From: an uncultured Pseudomonadota bacterium
Lineage (GTDB): Bacteria; Pseudomonadota; Gammaproteobacteria; Natronospirales; REEB76
NCBI GenBank assembly: GCA_963774895.1
Contig: CAVZGN010000004.1
Coordinates: 299,825 to 363,824, forward strand
DNA length: 64,000 nucleotides
Direction: 5' to 3'
The translations under genes were made by a program, and so were the position numbers. A model generated the notes under the pieces. That model was not told the origin of the DNA. It saw only the letters and a program-made list of their open reading frames with translations, and did not search any database. Positions 54,992-64,000 of the stretch are shown piece by piece. The first letter of the stretch is position 1, and each line of letters opens with the position of its first letter.

Positions 54992-55019
54992 AAAAAAGCC
55001 GGGCTCGGCCCGGCTTTTT
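54992..55019. terminator. Bidirectional Rho-independent terminator
   Basis: AAAAAAGCCGGGC-TCG-GCCCGGCTTTTT between convergent rplQ and uvrA. Confidence 0.9.
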
Positions 55020-55040
55020 GTAACTGTCTCACTGTAGCGG

Positions 55041-55652
55041 TCAGTCTTTGGCCTTGGCTTTCTTGGCCGCCTTGGTGGCCTTCTTGGCGGTTTTCTTCTC
55101 GGCTTTGTCCGCCGAAGCTTTGGCCTTTTTGGCGGACTTCGCTGCCTTCTTTTCAGCCTTGTCAGGTTTGGCGGGCTTGTCTGCTTTGGCTTTCTTGGGC
55201 GCCTTGGCAGGTTTGTCTGCTGCTTCGGTTTCCGGCTGCGCCGTTTTGGTCTTCCTGGCCTTGGCTTGTTCATCGGCGATCACCGCCATCTGCGCTTCCC
55301 GGTCCACCAGCTGCATCACGGCCATGGGTGCTTTGTCCCCGGGCCGGAAACCGTGTTTCAGGATGCGCGTGTAGCCGCCGGGACGCGCCTGATAATGGGG
55401 GCCGAGGTCGGTGAACAGCTTGACCACGATGGCGTCATCGCGCAGGCGTGCGAATGCCAGACGGCGTTTGTGCAGGCCATCCTGCTTCGCGAGCGTGATG
55501 AGCGGCTCGACAAAACGCCGTAATTCCTTGGCCTTGGGCAGGGTGGTGTGAATAGTTTCGTAGCGCAGCAATGCCGTCGCCATGTTGTGCATCAGCGCTT
55601 CGCGGTGTGCGCTGTTGCGGCTCAGCTGCCGGCCGGTATTCTGGTGACGCAT
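55041..55652 (-). CDS. rplQ: 50S ribosomal protein L17 with Lys/Ala-rich C-terminal extension
   Basis: MRH...[28 protein letters not shown]; 203 aa. Confidence 0.97.
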   Translation of the reverse strand: MRHQNTGRQLSRNSAHREALMHNMATALLRYETIHTTLPKAKELRRFVEPLITLAKQDGLHKRRLAFARLRDDAIVVKLFTDLGPHYQARPGGYTRILKHGFRPGDKAPMAVMQLVDREAQMAVIADEQAKARKTKTAQPETEAADKPAKAPKKAKADKPAKPDKAEKKAAKSAKKAKASADKAEKKTAKKATKAAKKAKAKD

Positions 55653-55664
55653 GGCAAAGTGTCC

Positions 55665-56651
55665 TTAGGCGGTTTTATTGAGGCTCGCCGGCGGCCAGTT
55701 CTCGATCTTCATTCCTAGTGTCAGACCGTGCTGGGCAAGCACGTCCTTGATCTCGGTGAGGGATTTCTTGCCCAAGTTCGGGGTCTTGAGCAGCTCCACC
55801 TCGGATTTCAATACCAGGTCACCGATGTAGTTGATGTTCTCGGCCTTGAGGCAGTTGGCGGAACGCACCGTCAACTCCAGTTCCTCCACCGGCTTGAGCA
55901 ATACCGGATCGAAGCGCGATTCGCTGCCGGCGTGTGTTTGGTCGCGGCCTTTGAGATCCACGAACGCGGCCAGTTGTTCGCTCAGGATGGTGGCCGCGCG
56001 GCGTATGGACTCTTCCGGGTCGATGGTGCCGTTGGTCTCGATCTCCAGGATCAGTTTGTCCAGATCGGTGCGCTGTTCGACACGTGCACTCTCCACCGTG
56101 TAGGTGACGCGCCGTACCGGACTGAATGAGGCATCCAGTTGCAGCCGGCCGATGGGCCGGCTCTCCTCTTCGAAGCTCAGGCGCTGATTGGAAGGCTGAT
56201 AGCCGCGGCCGCGCTTGATCTTGAGCTTCATGTTGAGAGAACCGGCGCTGTTCAGATGTGCGATCACCAGATCCTTGTTGACGATCTCCACATCGTGGTC
56301 CAGCTGGATGTCGCCGGCGGTGACAGCACCCGGCCCTTTCTTGGAAAGCGTGAGCGTGGCTTCATCGCGCGCGTGCATGCGGATGGCCAGTTGCTTGAGG
56401 CTCAGTAGGATATCGACCACGTCTTCCTGCACGCCTTCGATGGTGGTGTACTCGTGGAGCACGCCTTCGATCTCCACCTCGACTACAGCCGAGCCGGGCA
56501 TGGAGGACAACAGGATACGGCGCAAGGCATTGCCGAGCGTGTGGCCGAATCCGCGTTCCAGCGGTTCCAGCACCACACGCGCCTGATGATCCGACTGCGC
56601 CTGCACGCCGACCAGGCGTGGCTTCAAAAATTCCGTAACTGAACCCTGCAT
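55665..56651 (-). CDS. rpoA: RNA polymerase alpha subunit
   Basis: [40 protein letters not shown]. Confidence 0.99.
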   Translation of the reverse strand: MQGSVTEFLKPRLVGVQAQSDHQARVVLEPLERGFGHTLGNALRRILLSSMPGSAVVEVEIEGVLHEYTTIEGVQEDVVDILLSLKQLAIRMHARDEATLTLSKKGPGAVTAGDIQLDHDVEIVNKDLVIAHLNSAGSLNMKLKIKRGRGYQPSNQRLSFEEESRPIGRLQLDASFSPVRRVTYTVESARVEQRTDLDKLILEIETNGTIDPEESIRRAATILSEQLAAFVDLKGRDQTHAGSESRFDPVLLKPVEELELTVRSANCLKAENINYIGDLVLKSEVELLKTPNLGKKSLTEIKDVLAQHGLTLGMKIENWPPASLNKTA

Positions 56652-56690
56652 GGGAGATATCCCTCGCGATTATGACCGTGACATGAATAT

Positions 56691-57311
56691 TTACTTGGAG
56701 TAAAGCTCGACTACCAGATTCTCGTTGATCTCGGGCAGAATCTCGGTGCGTTCCGGTACTGCCTTGAACTTGCCGCTCATCTTCTGCTCATCCACCTCGA
56801 CCCATTCCGGCAGGCCGACCTGCTTGGCAATGCCGATAGCTGCCTGGATGCGCAACTGTTTCTTGGCGCGCTCGCGCACCGCGATCAGGTCGTCGGCCTT
56901 CACTGGATAGGACGGGATGTTGACGACCATGCCATTCACCTCGATGGCCTTATGACCCACGAGCTGGCGCGCCTCGGCACGGGTGGCGGCGAAACCCATG
57001 CGGTACACCACATTGTCGAGACGGCATTCGAGAATCTGCAGCAGTGTCTGGCCGGTGGCGCCTTTACGGCGCGAAGCCTCCTTGTAATAACGGCGGAACT
57101 GCCGTTCCAGCACGCCGTACATGCGGCGCAGCTTCTGCTTCTCGCGCAGCTGTATGCCGTAATCCGACAGGCGGTTGCGCTTGGCACCGTGCTGACCAGG
57201 CTGGGATTCGAGTTTGCACTTGGATTCCAGCGGGCGCACGCTGCTCTTCAGGAACAGATCTGTGCCCTCACGCCGTGAGAGTTTGCATTTGGGTCCGAGA
57301 TAACGAGCCAT
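56691..57311 (-). CDS. rpsD: 30S ribosomal protein S4
   Basis: [29 protein letters not shown]. Confidence 0.99.
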   Translation of the reverse strand: MARYLGPKCKLSRREGTDLFLKSSVRPLESKCKLESQPGQHGAKRNRLSDYGIQLREKQKLRRMYGVLERQFRRYYKEASRRKGATGQTLLQILECRLDNVVYRMGFAATRAEARQLVGHKAIEVNGMVVNIPSYPVKADDLIAVRERAKKQLRIQAAIGIAKQVGLPEWVEVDEQKMSGKFKAVPERTEILPEINENLVVELYSK

Positions 57312-57312
57312 G

Positions 57313-57771
57313 TTAAACCCTGCGCTTCTTGGGCGGACGGCAGCCGTTGTGGGGGATCGGCGTCACGTCCGAGATATTCGCGATCTTGAAACCGATGTTG
57401 TGCAGTGAGCGCACCGCGGATTCGCGCCCCGGACCGGGGCCTTTCACCTGGACTTCCAGGTTCTTGACGCCGAATTCCTGCGCGGCAGTGCCGGCTTTCT
57501 CCGCGGCCACCTGCGCCGCAAACGGCGTGCTCTTGCGCGAGCCACGAAAACCGGAGCCACCCGAGGTAGCCCAGCACAGCACGTTGCCCTGGCGATCAGT
57601 GATGGTGACGATGGTGTTATTGAAAGACGCATGCACGTGGGCGATGGCGTCCACCACGGTCTTCTTGGGGCGCTTGCGTACTGCAGCTGCTGGCGCGGCA
57701 ACCGTGCCTTCGGCTACTGCCGTTACCGGAGCTTCTTGAGTTTCTTTGGTATCTTTGGCTTCTTCCGCCAT
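57313..57771 (-). CDS. rpsK: 30S ribosomal protein S11
   Basis: [40 protein letters not shown]. Confidence 0.98.
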   Translation of the reverse strand: MAEEAKDTKETQEAPVTAVAEGTVAAPAAAVRKRPKKTVVDAIAHVHASFNNTIVTITDRQGNVLCWATSGGSGFRGSRKSTPFAAQVAAEKAGTAAQEFGVKNLEVQVKGPGPGRESAVRSLHNIGFKIANISDVTPIPHNGCRPPKKRRV

Positions 57772-57797
57772 GTTATATCCTGCTACTGTTAATCCGG

Positions 57798-58154
57798 TTA
57801 TTTAACTGCTTGCTTGCGGCGGCCCTTGCGGGTACGCGCGTTGGTGCGGGTACGCTGGCCGCGTACCGGCAAGCCGCGACGGTGGCGCAAGCCGCGATAG
57901 CAGCCGAGATCCATGAGGCGCTTGATGCTCATGGACACTTCGCGGCGCAGATCGCCTTCCACACTGAACTTGGTGACGTTCACACGCAGTGTTTCCACTT
58001 CGGCGTCGGTCAGGTCCTTCACCTTGGTCTCGGGCTTGATACCCGCGACCTGGCAGATCAACTTGGCACGGCTACGGCCGATGCCATAGATATTCTGCAA
58101 ACCGATGACGGCATGCTGGTTGGATGGGATGTTGATGCCGGCGATGCGCGCCAT
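57798..58154 (-). CDS. rpsM: 30S ribosomal protein S13
   Basis: [28 protein letters not shown]. Confidence 0.99.
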   Translation of the reverse strand: MARIAGINIPSNQHAVIGLQNIYGIGRSRAKLICQVAGIKPETKVKDLTDAEVETLRVNVTKFSVEGDLRREVSMSIKRLMDLGCYRGLRHRRGLPVRGQRTRTNARTRKGRRKQAVK

Positions 58155-58202
58155 CTTGTAGCTCTCCTCATGAGCGCCGCCTGGGGCGCGTCAAAACAGG
58201 TA

Positions 58203-58231
58203 ATTTTGCCTACTTTTCCTAATTAAATCAA
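58203..58231 (-). promoter_or_regulatory. Candidate sigma70 promoter of the alpha operon
   Basis: Minus strand TTGATT-N17-CAAAAT in the AT-rich rpmJ-rpsM gap, where the alpha promoter lies in E. coli. Confidence 0.6.
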
Positions 58232-58245
58232 TTTATAACCGCTGT

Positions 58246-58359
58246 TCAGCCCTGGCGCTGCTTGTGCCGGGCATCGCTGCAGATGACCCGCACTACGCCG
58301 CCACGCCGCACGATCTTACAGTTGCGGCAGATTTTCTTGACCGATGTCCGTACTTTCAT
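58246..58359 (-). CDS. rpmJ: 50S ribosomal protein L36 (zinc-motif form)
   Basis: Hand-translated [37 protein letters not shown]; not in the ORF track (37 aa). Confidence 0.97.
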   Translation of the reverse strand: MKVRTSVKKICRNCKIVRRGGVVRVICSDARHKQRQG

Positions 58360-58405
58360 GTTTCCACTCCCGCGACGCTCAGGCGTCGCCCGTCATATTG
58401 AATAT

Positions 58406-59755
58406 TCAGCGGATGCTGGTGCCGCCGTAGCCCTTCAGGTTGGCCTTGCGCAACAGACCTTCGTACTGATGCGACATCAGGTGCGCCTGCAACTGCGCCA
58501 TGAAATCCATGACCACTACCACGATGATCAGCAGCGAGGTGCCGCCGAAATAGAACGGTACGTTCCAGTACAGGATCAGGAATTCAGGCAGCAGGCACAC
58601 GCCAGTCACGTAGATTGCGCCCCAGAATGTCAGCTTGGTGAGCACGCTGTCCACATAGGAAGCGGTCTGTTGTCCGGGGCGGATGCCGGGGATGAAGGCG
58701 CCGGATTTCTTCAGGTTCTCCGCGGTCTCCTTGGAATTGAACACCAAGGCGGTGTAGAAGAAACAGAAGAAGATGATCAAGCCGCCGTAAAAAATCACGT
58801 AGATCGGTTGACCCGGTGACATGGCAGCGGCGAAACGCTGCAAGGCCGTCGCCAGCCAGCCACCGGACTGCTGTCCGAACCAGTTACCGACGGTGGCCGG
58901 AAACAGGATGATCGAAGACGCAAAAATCGGCGGAATGACGCCCGACATGTTGAGCTTTAGTGGCAAATGGCTGGTCTGGGCTGCATACATGCGCCGGCCC
59001 TGCTGGCGCTTGGCGTAATTCACGGTGATGCGGCGTTGGCCGCGCTCCACGAAGATCACGAAGGCGGTCACACCCAGCACCAGCACCACAATCACGATGG
59101 CGATCAGCGGGTTCATCTGGCCGGTGCGCACCAGGTCCAGGGTGCCGCCGAAGGCTGCCGGTAGACCGGCGACGATGCCGGCGAAAATCAGCATGGAGAT
59201 GCCGTTACCGATACCGCGTTCGGTCACCTGTTCGCCGAGCCACATCAGAAACAGGGTGCCGGTCACAAGGCTGACGGTGGCGGTGAATACGAAGGTGAAT
59301 CCCGGCTGGATCGCCACGCCCTGGCTCTCGAGCGCCAGCGCCGCACCTAGGGACTGGAACATGGCCAGCACCACCGTACCCCAGCGCGTGTATTTGGTGA
59401 TGATGCGCTGGCCGGACTGGCCTTCCTTGCGCAGTTTTTCCAGGCTCGGCACCACCACCGCCAGCATCTGCATGATGATGGAGGCCGAAATATAGGGCAT
59501 GACCCCCAGCGCAAAGATGGACAGGCGCTTGAGGGCGCCGCCGGAAAACATGTTGAACATGTCCAGCAGGCCGCCGGAATGCTGGCCGAACAAGCGTTCC
59601 AGCGCCGCGGGATCGATGCCCGGCACCGGGATATGCGTGCCCACGCGGAACACCACCAGGGCGCCCACCAGGAACAGCACGCGTTTGCGTAAATCGGTGA
59701 GCTTCCCGATCTGCGACAGGGAAGACATCATGTTGTTGCCGCCGGTGCGGGACAC
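58406..59755 (-). CDS. secY: Preprotein translocase subunit SecY
   Basis: [39 protein letters not shown]. Confidence 0.98.
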   Translation of the reverse strand: MSRTGGNNMMSSLSQIGKLTDLRKRVLFLVGALVVFRVGTHIPVPGIDPAALERLFGQHSGGLLDMFNMFSGGALKRLSIFALGVMPYISASIIMQMLAVVVPSLEKLRKEGQSGQRIITKYTRWGTVVLAMFQSLGAALALESQGVAIQPGFTFVFTATVSLVTGTLFLMWLGEQVTERGIGNGISMLIFAGIVAGLPAAFGGTLDLVRTGQMNPLIAIVIVVLVLGVTAFVIFVERGQRRITVNYAKRQQGRRMYAAQTSHLPLKLNMSGVIPPIFASSIILFPATVGNWFGQQSGGWLATALQRFAAAMSPGQPIYVIFYGGLIIFFCFFYTALVFNSKETAENLKKSGAFIPGIRPGQQTASYVDSVLTKLTFWGAIYVTGVCLLPEFLILYWNVPFYFGGTSLLIIVVVVMDFMAQLQAHLMSHQYEGLLRKANLKGYGGTSIR

Positions 59756-60190
59756 TTAGTCCTCCACCTTGCCGCCAGCCGCTTGTATGGCTGCCAAAGC
59801 TCCCTTGGTGGCCTGCACGCCTTTGAGGGTGACTTTCTTCTTGAGCTCGCCCGCCAGGATGACCTTCACCTTGTCGGTCTGCAGCGGAACCAGCCCGGCG
59901 GCCTTGAGGGCGAGTATGTCGATGACCTCTGCCTCGACACGCGCCAACGCATCCAGACGCACTTCCGCGCGGCTGCGCTTTAGATGTGAACGAAAACCAA
60001 CCTTCGGCAAACGGCGCTGCAGCGGCATTTGACCGCCCTCGAATCCCACCTTGTGATAGCCGCCCTTGCGCGCGTACTGACCCTTGTGGCCCTTGCCCGA
60101 TGTTTTGCCCAGTCCGGAACCGATGCCGCGTCCCAGGCGCTTCTTGACAGTCTTGCTGCCGACCGCCGGCGAAAGCGTGTTAAGACGCAT
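59756..60190 (-). CDS. rplO: 50S ribosomal protein L15
   Basis: [25 protein letters not shown]. Confidence 0.98.
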   Translation of the reverse strand: MRLNTLSPAVGSKTVKKRLGRGIGSGLGKTSGKGHKGQYARKGGYHKVGFEGGQMPLQRRLPKVGFRSHLKRSRAEVRLDALARVEAEVIDILALKAAGLVPLQTDKVKVILAGELKKKVTLKGVQATKGALAAIQAAGGKVED

Positions 60191-60386
60191 GCTCACCCTC
60201 CTCGACCCGCAGCAGGTACGATACCTTCTCGATCAGACCGCGCACCTGCGGCGTGTCTTCGAGGCTGACGCTGTGATGCAGGCGGCGCAACCCCAGGCCA
60301 CGCACACACGCGCGGTGCTTGGGCAATCGTCCGAAGGTACTGTGCACCAAGGTGATCTTGAGTTGTTTGTTCTTGCTCTTGGCCAT
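60180..60386 (-). CDS. rpmD: 50S ribosomal protein L30
   Basis: LKITLVHS...GLGLRR...[16 protein letters not shown]. Confidence 0.96.
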   Translation of the reverse strand: MAKSKNKQLKITLVHSTFGRLPKHRACVRGLGLRRLHHSVSLEDTPQVRGLIEKVSYLLRVEEGEHAS

Positions 60387-60390
60387 GGTG

Positions 60391-60903
60391 TTAGTCCCGT
60401 ATCTCTTCCAATGTCTTGCCGCGTTTTGCGGCCACCTCATGCGGGGAACGCTGACCGGTGAGCGCATTCATGGTAGCGCGCACCACGTTGATGGGATTGC
60501 GCGAACCATAGCTCTTAGCCAGCACATTCTTGACGCCCGCGACCTCCAATATGGCGCGCATGGCGCCACCGGCGATGATGCCGGTACCTTCGGAAGCCGG
60601 CTGCATATACACGCGCGTGGCGCCGTGGTGTGCATGGATGGCGTAATACAGGGTGCCTTCATGCAACTGCACTTGCTTCAGGTTTTTGCGTGCATGCTCC
60701 ATGGCCTTGGAGACAGCGTTCGGAACTTCGCGTGCCTTGCCGTAACCGAAGCCCACCTTGCCGGCACCATCGCCAACCACTGTGAGCGCCGTGAAACCGA
60801 ACTGGCGGCCGCCTTTCACCACCTTGGCCACGCGATTGACCGACACCAGCTTTTCCTGCATGCCGTCGTTACTGGTCGGTAGGTTTTCAATCTTTTTTGC
60901 CAT
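60391..60903 (-). CDS. rpsE: 30S ribosomal protein S5
   Basis: [27 protein letters not shown]. Confidence 0.98.
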   Translation of the reverse strand: MAKKIENLPTSNDGMQEKLVSVNRVAKVVKGGRQFGFTALTVVGDGAGKVGFGYGKAREVPNAVSKAMEHARKNLKQVQLHEGTLYYAIHAHHGATRVYMQPASEGTGIIAGGAMRAILEVAGVKNVLAKSYGSRNPINVVRATMNALTGQRSPHEVAAKRGKTLEEIRD

Positions 60904-60911
60904 GCTGCACC

Positions 60912-61280
60912 TTAGAATTGCAAGCCGTTTTCACGCGCGGCATCTGCCAGTGCCTTGACGCGCCCGTGGTAACGGAATCCGGATCGATCGAACGCCACCG
61001 TCGTAATGCCGGCCTGTTTGGCCTTCTCGGCGATGGCCTTGCCAACGGCGGCGGCCGCGGTGATGTTGCCGGTGTGTTTCAAACCCTTCTTGACGGCGCT
61101 CTCCAGCGTGGAAGCGGCGGCCACCACCTTGTCGCCCCCGGGGGCGAGTATCTGCGCATAGATATGGCTGGGGGTGCGATGCACACACAGGCGATAGGCG
61201 CGCACTTCCCGGATCCTGGCGCGCGCGCGGCGCGCGCGCCGCAGGCGCGCGAGTTTCTTTTCCATCGGCTTCTTGTCCAT
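60912..61280 (-). CDS. rplR: 50S ribosomal protein L18
   Basis: [26 protein letters not shown]. Confidence 0.98.
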   Translation of the reverse strand: MDKKPMEKKLARLRRARRARARIREVRAYRLCVHRTPSHIYAQILAPGGDKVVAAASTLESAVKKGLKHTGNITAAAAVGKAIAEKAKQAGITTVAFDRSGFRYHGRVKALADAARENGLQF

Positions 61281-61295
61281 TGCTCAAACCACCTG

Positions 61296-61829
61296 TTATT
61301 TCTTCTTGGCCTCTTTGAGGACCACGCGCTCATTGGTGTAGCGCACACCCTTGCCCTTGTAGGGCTCCGGCGGCCGGAAGCCGCGGATATCGGCAGCCAC
61401 TTGGCCGACTTTCTGGCGATCACTGCCTTTGATGACGATCTCCGTCTGGCTCGGGGTTTCGACGTGGATGCCATCCGGCACCTTGTAGTTCACCGCATGC
61501 GAAAACCCGAGCGTCAGATTCAGCGTCTTGCCCTGGGTCTGGGCACGGTAGCCAACGCCTACCAGTTCGAGTTTCTTCTCGTAGCCCTTGGTCACGCCCT
61601 TCACGGCGTTGTTCAGAAGCGCGCGCATGGTGCCGGCGCTGGCGTCCGCCTCAGGGTGTCCTTCCTTGACGGCCACGCGCAGCACACCGTTGTCGTTTTT
61701 CACCACCACACTCGGATGCATCGCCAGTGTCAGGCTGGATTTCGCGGCTTTGATGGTCACCGCACTGCCGGACACCAAGGCTTCAACGCCCTTGGGTAAG
61801 GTTATCGGTAGATTGGCGATTCGAGACAT
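61296..61829 (-). CDS. rplF: 50S ribosomal protein L6
   Basis: MSRIA, GVGYRA, LGFSH, RPPEPYKGKG. Confidence 0.98.
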   Translation of the reverse strand: MSRIANLPITLPKGVEALVSGSAVTIKAAKSSLTLAMHPSVVVKNDNGVLRVAVKEGHPEADASAGTMRALLNNAVKGVTKGYEKKLELVGVGYRAQTQGKTLNLTLGFSHAVNYKVPDGIHVETPSQTEIVIKGSDRQKVGQVAADIRGFRPPEPYKGKGVRYTNERVVLKEAKKK

Positions 61830-61851
61830 GGCAAAAGTCCTTGATAACCCG

Positions 61852-62247
61852 TTATGAGACCAAGCACAGTACTTCGCCGCCCTGGCCGGCGGCACGCGCG
61901 GCGCGGTCGCTCATCACGCCCTTGGGCGTGGAGACGATGGCAATGCCCAAGCCACCCAGAACCTTGGGCAGCTGGTCCTTGCGCTTGTAAACCCGCAGAC
62001 CTGGGCGGCTGACGCGGCGCATATGGTCAATGACCGGGCGTCCCTGATGATACTTGAGGGTCACTACAAGCTCGGACTTGCCGTCCTGTTCGCGGCGCAC
62101 GAATTCCTCAATATAGCCCTCGTCCTTCAAGACGCGCGCGATCTCGCATTTGATGTTAGAGGCGGGCATGCTCACCTCCACGCGCCCCACGAGCTGGGCG
62201 TTGCGGATGCGTGTGAACATGTCGGCAATGGGATCAGTCATACTCAT
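61852..62247 (-). CDS. rpsH: 30S ribosomal protein S8
   Basis: [27 protein letters not shown]. Confidence 0.98.
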   Translation of the reverse strand: MSMTDPIADMFTRIRNAQLVGRVEVSMPASNIKCEIARVLKDEGYIEEFVRREQDGKSELVVTLKYHQGRPVIDHMRRVSRPGLRVYKRKDQLPKVLGGLGIAIVSTPKGVMSDRAARAAGQGGEVLCLVS

Positions 62248-62272
62248 GTTATCGATATCCCTCGATTAAAGT

Positions 62273-62578
62273 TTACCAGCTGGCCTTGTGCAGCCCAGGT
62301 ACGTCGCCACGCATGGCGGCTTCGCGCAATTTGCTGCGGCCCAGTCCGAATTTCCGATAGTTGCCTCGCGAGCGGCCGGTGATCGCGCAGCGGTTGCGCT
62401 GGCGACTTGGACTTGAATCGCGCGGCAGCTTAGTGAGCTTGATAACCGCGACCTGGCGTTCTTCGTCGCTGGCCTCCAAATCGCGAATCACGCGTTTCAG
62501 CTCGGCGCGCTGCTTGGCATAGCGCTTCACCTGCTTCGCGCGTTTCACTTCGCGGTTCACCATGGATGTCTTGGCCAT
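62273..62578 (-). CDS. rpsN: 30S ribosomal protein S14
   Basis: 101 aa; [24 protein letters not shown]. Confidence 0.98.
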   Translation of the reverse strand: MAKTSMVNREVKRAKQVKRYAKQRAELKRVIRDLEASDEERQVAVIKLTKLPRDSSPSRQRNRCAITGRSRGNYRKFGLGRSKLREAAMRGDVPGLHKASW

Positions 62579-62588
62579 ATGCTTGTCC

Positions 62589-63128
62589 TCAGTTCCTGAA
62601 CGGAAAGTGGAAGGCTTCCAGAAGCGCCCGGGCTTCTACATCGGATTTGGCATTGGTGGTGATGGTGATGTCCATGCCACGCAACGCATCGATTTGATCG
62701 TACTGGATTTCAGGAAATATGATCTGTTCCTTCACACCAATGCTGAAATTGCCACGGCCGTCGAATGAGCGTGCACTCACACCGCGAAAATCCCTGACGC
62801 GCGGCAGCGCAATGCTAATCAGGCGGTCGAGAAACTCATACATCCGCGCACGCCGCAGGGTCACCTTGCAGCCCACCGGATAATCCTCGCGGATCTTGAA
62901 GGTGGCGATGGATTTTTTGGCCTTGGTGACTATAGGCTTTTGACCCGCGATCTTGGTCATGTCGGCGACCGCGTTTTCCATGACCTTCTTGTCAGCGGTA
63001 GTTTCCCCCACGCCCATGTTGAGCGTGATCTTGGTGATATGCGGCACTTCCATGCTGTTCTTGTAATGGAACTTCTGGGTGAGTTGCGGCACCACCGTTT
63101 CGCGATAGAATTTTTGCAGTCTTGCCAT
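62589..63128 (-). CDS. rplE: 50S ribosomal protein L5
   Basis: [29 protein letters not shown]. Confidence 0.98.
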   Translation of the reverse strand: MARLQKFYRETVVPQLTQKFHYKNSMEVPHITKITLNMGVGETTADKKVMENAVADMTKIAGQKPIVTKAKKSIATFKIREDYPVGCKVTLRRARMYEFLDRLISIALPRVRDFRGVSARSFDGRGNFSIGVKEQIIFPEIQYDQIDALRGMDITITTNAKSDVEARALLEAFHFPFRN

Positions 63129-63139
63129 GTGCACCGCCC

Positions 63140-63457
63140 TCAGACGTCCACCACTTCTTTATTGGACCGGAAGAAGCGCACTTTGCGGCCGTCTTCCAGC
63201 TTGCGGAACCCCGCGCGGTCACCTTTCTTGGTGACCGGATTGAACAGCATTACCTTGGAGATGTGGATCGGCATCTCCTTATCCACGATGCCGCCGGTGA
63301 CACCGGCGTTCGGGTTCGGACGCACATGCCGCTTGGCCATGTTCACGTTCTCGACTATCACCCGGTCATTCTCCAGCACTTTGAGGATGGCGCCGCGCCG
63401 GCCCTTGTCCTTGCCGCCGGTCACCACCACTTCATCGCCTTTCTTGATCTTGCTCAT
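63140..63457 (-). CDS. rplX: 50S ribosomal protein L24
   Basis: KOW motif [23 protein letters not shown]. Confidence 0.98.
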   Translation of the reverse strand: MSKIKKGDEVVVTGGKDKGRRGAILKVLENDRVIVENVNMAKRHVRPNPNAGVTGGIVDKEMPIHISKVMLFNPVTKKGDRAGFRKLEDGRKVRFFRSNKEVVDV

Positions 63458-63476
63458 AGTCTCGTACTCCCGGCGC

Positions 63477-63845
63477 TCACAGCACTTCCGGCGCCAGCGA
63501 AATGATGCGCATGAAACGTTCGGTGCGCAGCTCGCGCGTCACCGGCCCGAAGATACGGGTGCCGATGGGCTCCAGCTTGTTGTTGAGCAGTACCGCCGCG
63601 TTGCTGTCGAAGCGGATCACCGAGCCATCCGGGCGGCGCACGCCTTTGCGGGTACGCACCACGACCGCATCGTAGACCTCGCCCTTCTTGACTTTGCCGC
63701 GCGGGATGGCGTCACCGATGCTCACCTTGATGACATCACCGATGCGCGCATAGCGGCGCTTCGAGCCGCCCAGCACCTTGATGCACTTCAGGCTGCGTGC
63801 GCCGCTGTTGTCGGCGGCATTCAGTACGGTTCGCATCTGGATCAT
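63477..63845 (-). CDS. rplN: 50S ribosomal protein L14
   Basis: [21 protein letters not shown]. Confidence 0.99.
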   Translation of the reverse strand: MIQMRTVLNAADNSGARSLKCIKVLGGSKRRYARIGDVIKVSIGDAIPRGKVKKGEVYDAVVVRTRKGVRRPDGSVIRFDSNAAVLLNNKLEPIGTRIFGPVTRELRTERFMRIISLAPEVL

Positions 63846-63866
63846 GACTGCACTTCCACAGTTGCG

Positions 63867-64000
63867 TTATTCGATCGGCGTGGGGGCCACGCCCGCGCGC
63901 GCGACAATTTCCACCAGCATCCAGGACTTGTGCCGGGAAAGCGGGCGGCATTGTGTTATGACCACGGTATCGCCTTCCTGGCAGGTATTCTGTTCATCGT
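63867..64000 (-). CDS. rpsQ: 30S ribosomal protein S17 (C-terminal part; start outside window)
   Basis: Hand-translated [32 protein letters not shown]. Confidence 0.93.
   Translation of the reverse strand, partial: DEQNTCQEGDTVVITQCRPLSRHKSWMLVEIVARAGVAPTPIE

Noticed and set aside
60897..61799. 300-aa plus-strand ORF
   Set aside because: Antisense to rplR and rplF

Overview
Chromosomal window from a GC-rich gammaproteobacterium, with nearly all genes on the minus strand. Left end (1-17.6 kb): housekeeping run miaB-phoH-ybeY-corC-lnt-(O-antigen ligase-like)-leuS-lptE-holA-nadD-rsfS-rlmH-maf-rng-yhdP(partial). Right end (55-64 kb): end of the S10 operon, then the spc and alpha ribosomal operons (rpsQ partial to rplQ), convergent with uvrA. 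An MFS transporter, rfbACDB and ssb lie at 46.4-51.7 kb. The middle (17.6-46.3 kb) is a lower-GC surface polysaccharide locus. It encodes WbpABDE (2,3-diacetamido-uronic acid pathway), ManC/ManB, WbpL/WbpM-like initiation genes, four GT4 glycosyltransferases and a bifunctional ATP sulfurylase/APS kinase (PAPS supply). It also encodes sulfotransferases, two methyltransferases, a GNAT-like protein, an ABC-exporter-like protein with a decayed ATPase domain and four paralogous polysaccharide deacetylase-like domains. The best candidate for a novel system is a deacetylase-sulfotransferase fusion, architecturally like eukaryotic heparan NDST, which suggests an N-sulfated aminouronic acid glycan. GTAG-type REP clusters occupy six intergenic regions. 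No rRNA, tRNA, CRISPR or transposase was recognised. All calls come from reading the sequence and recognising motifs; no searches were run.
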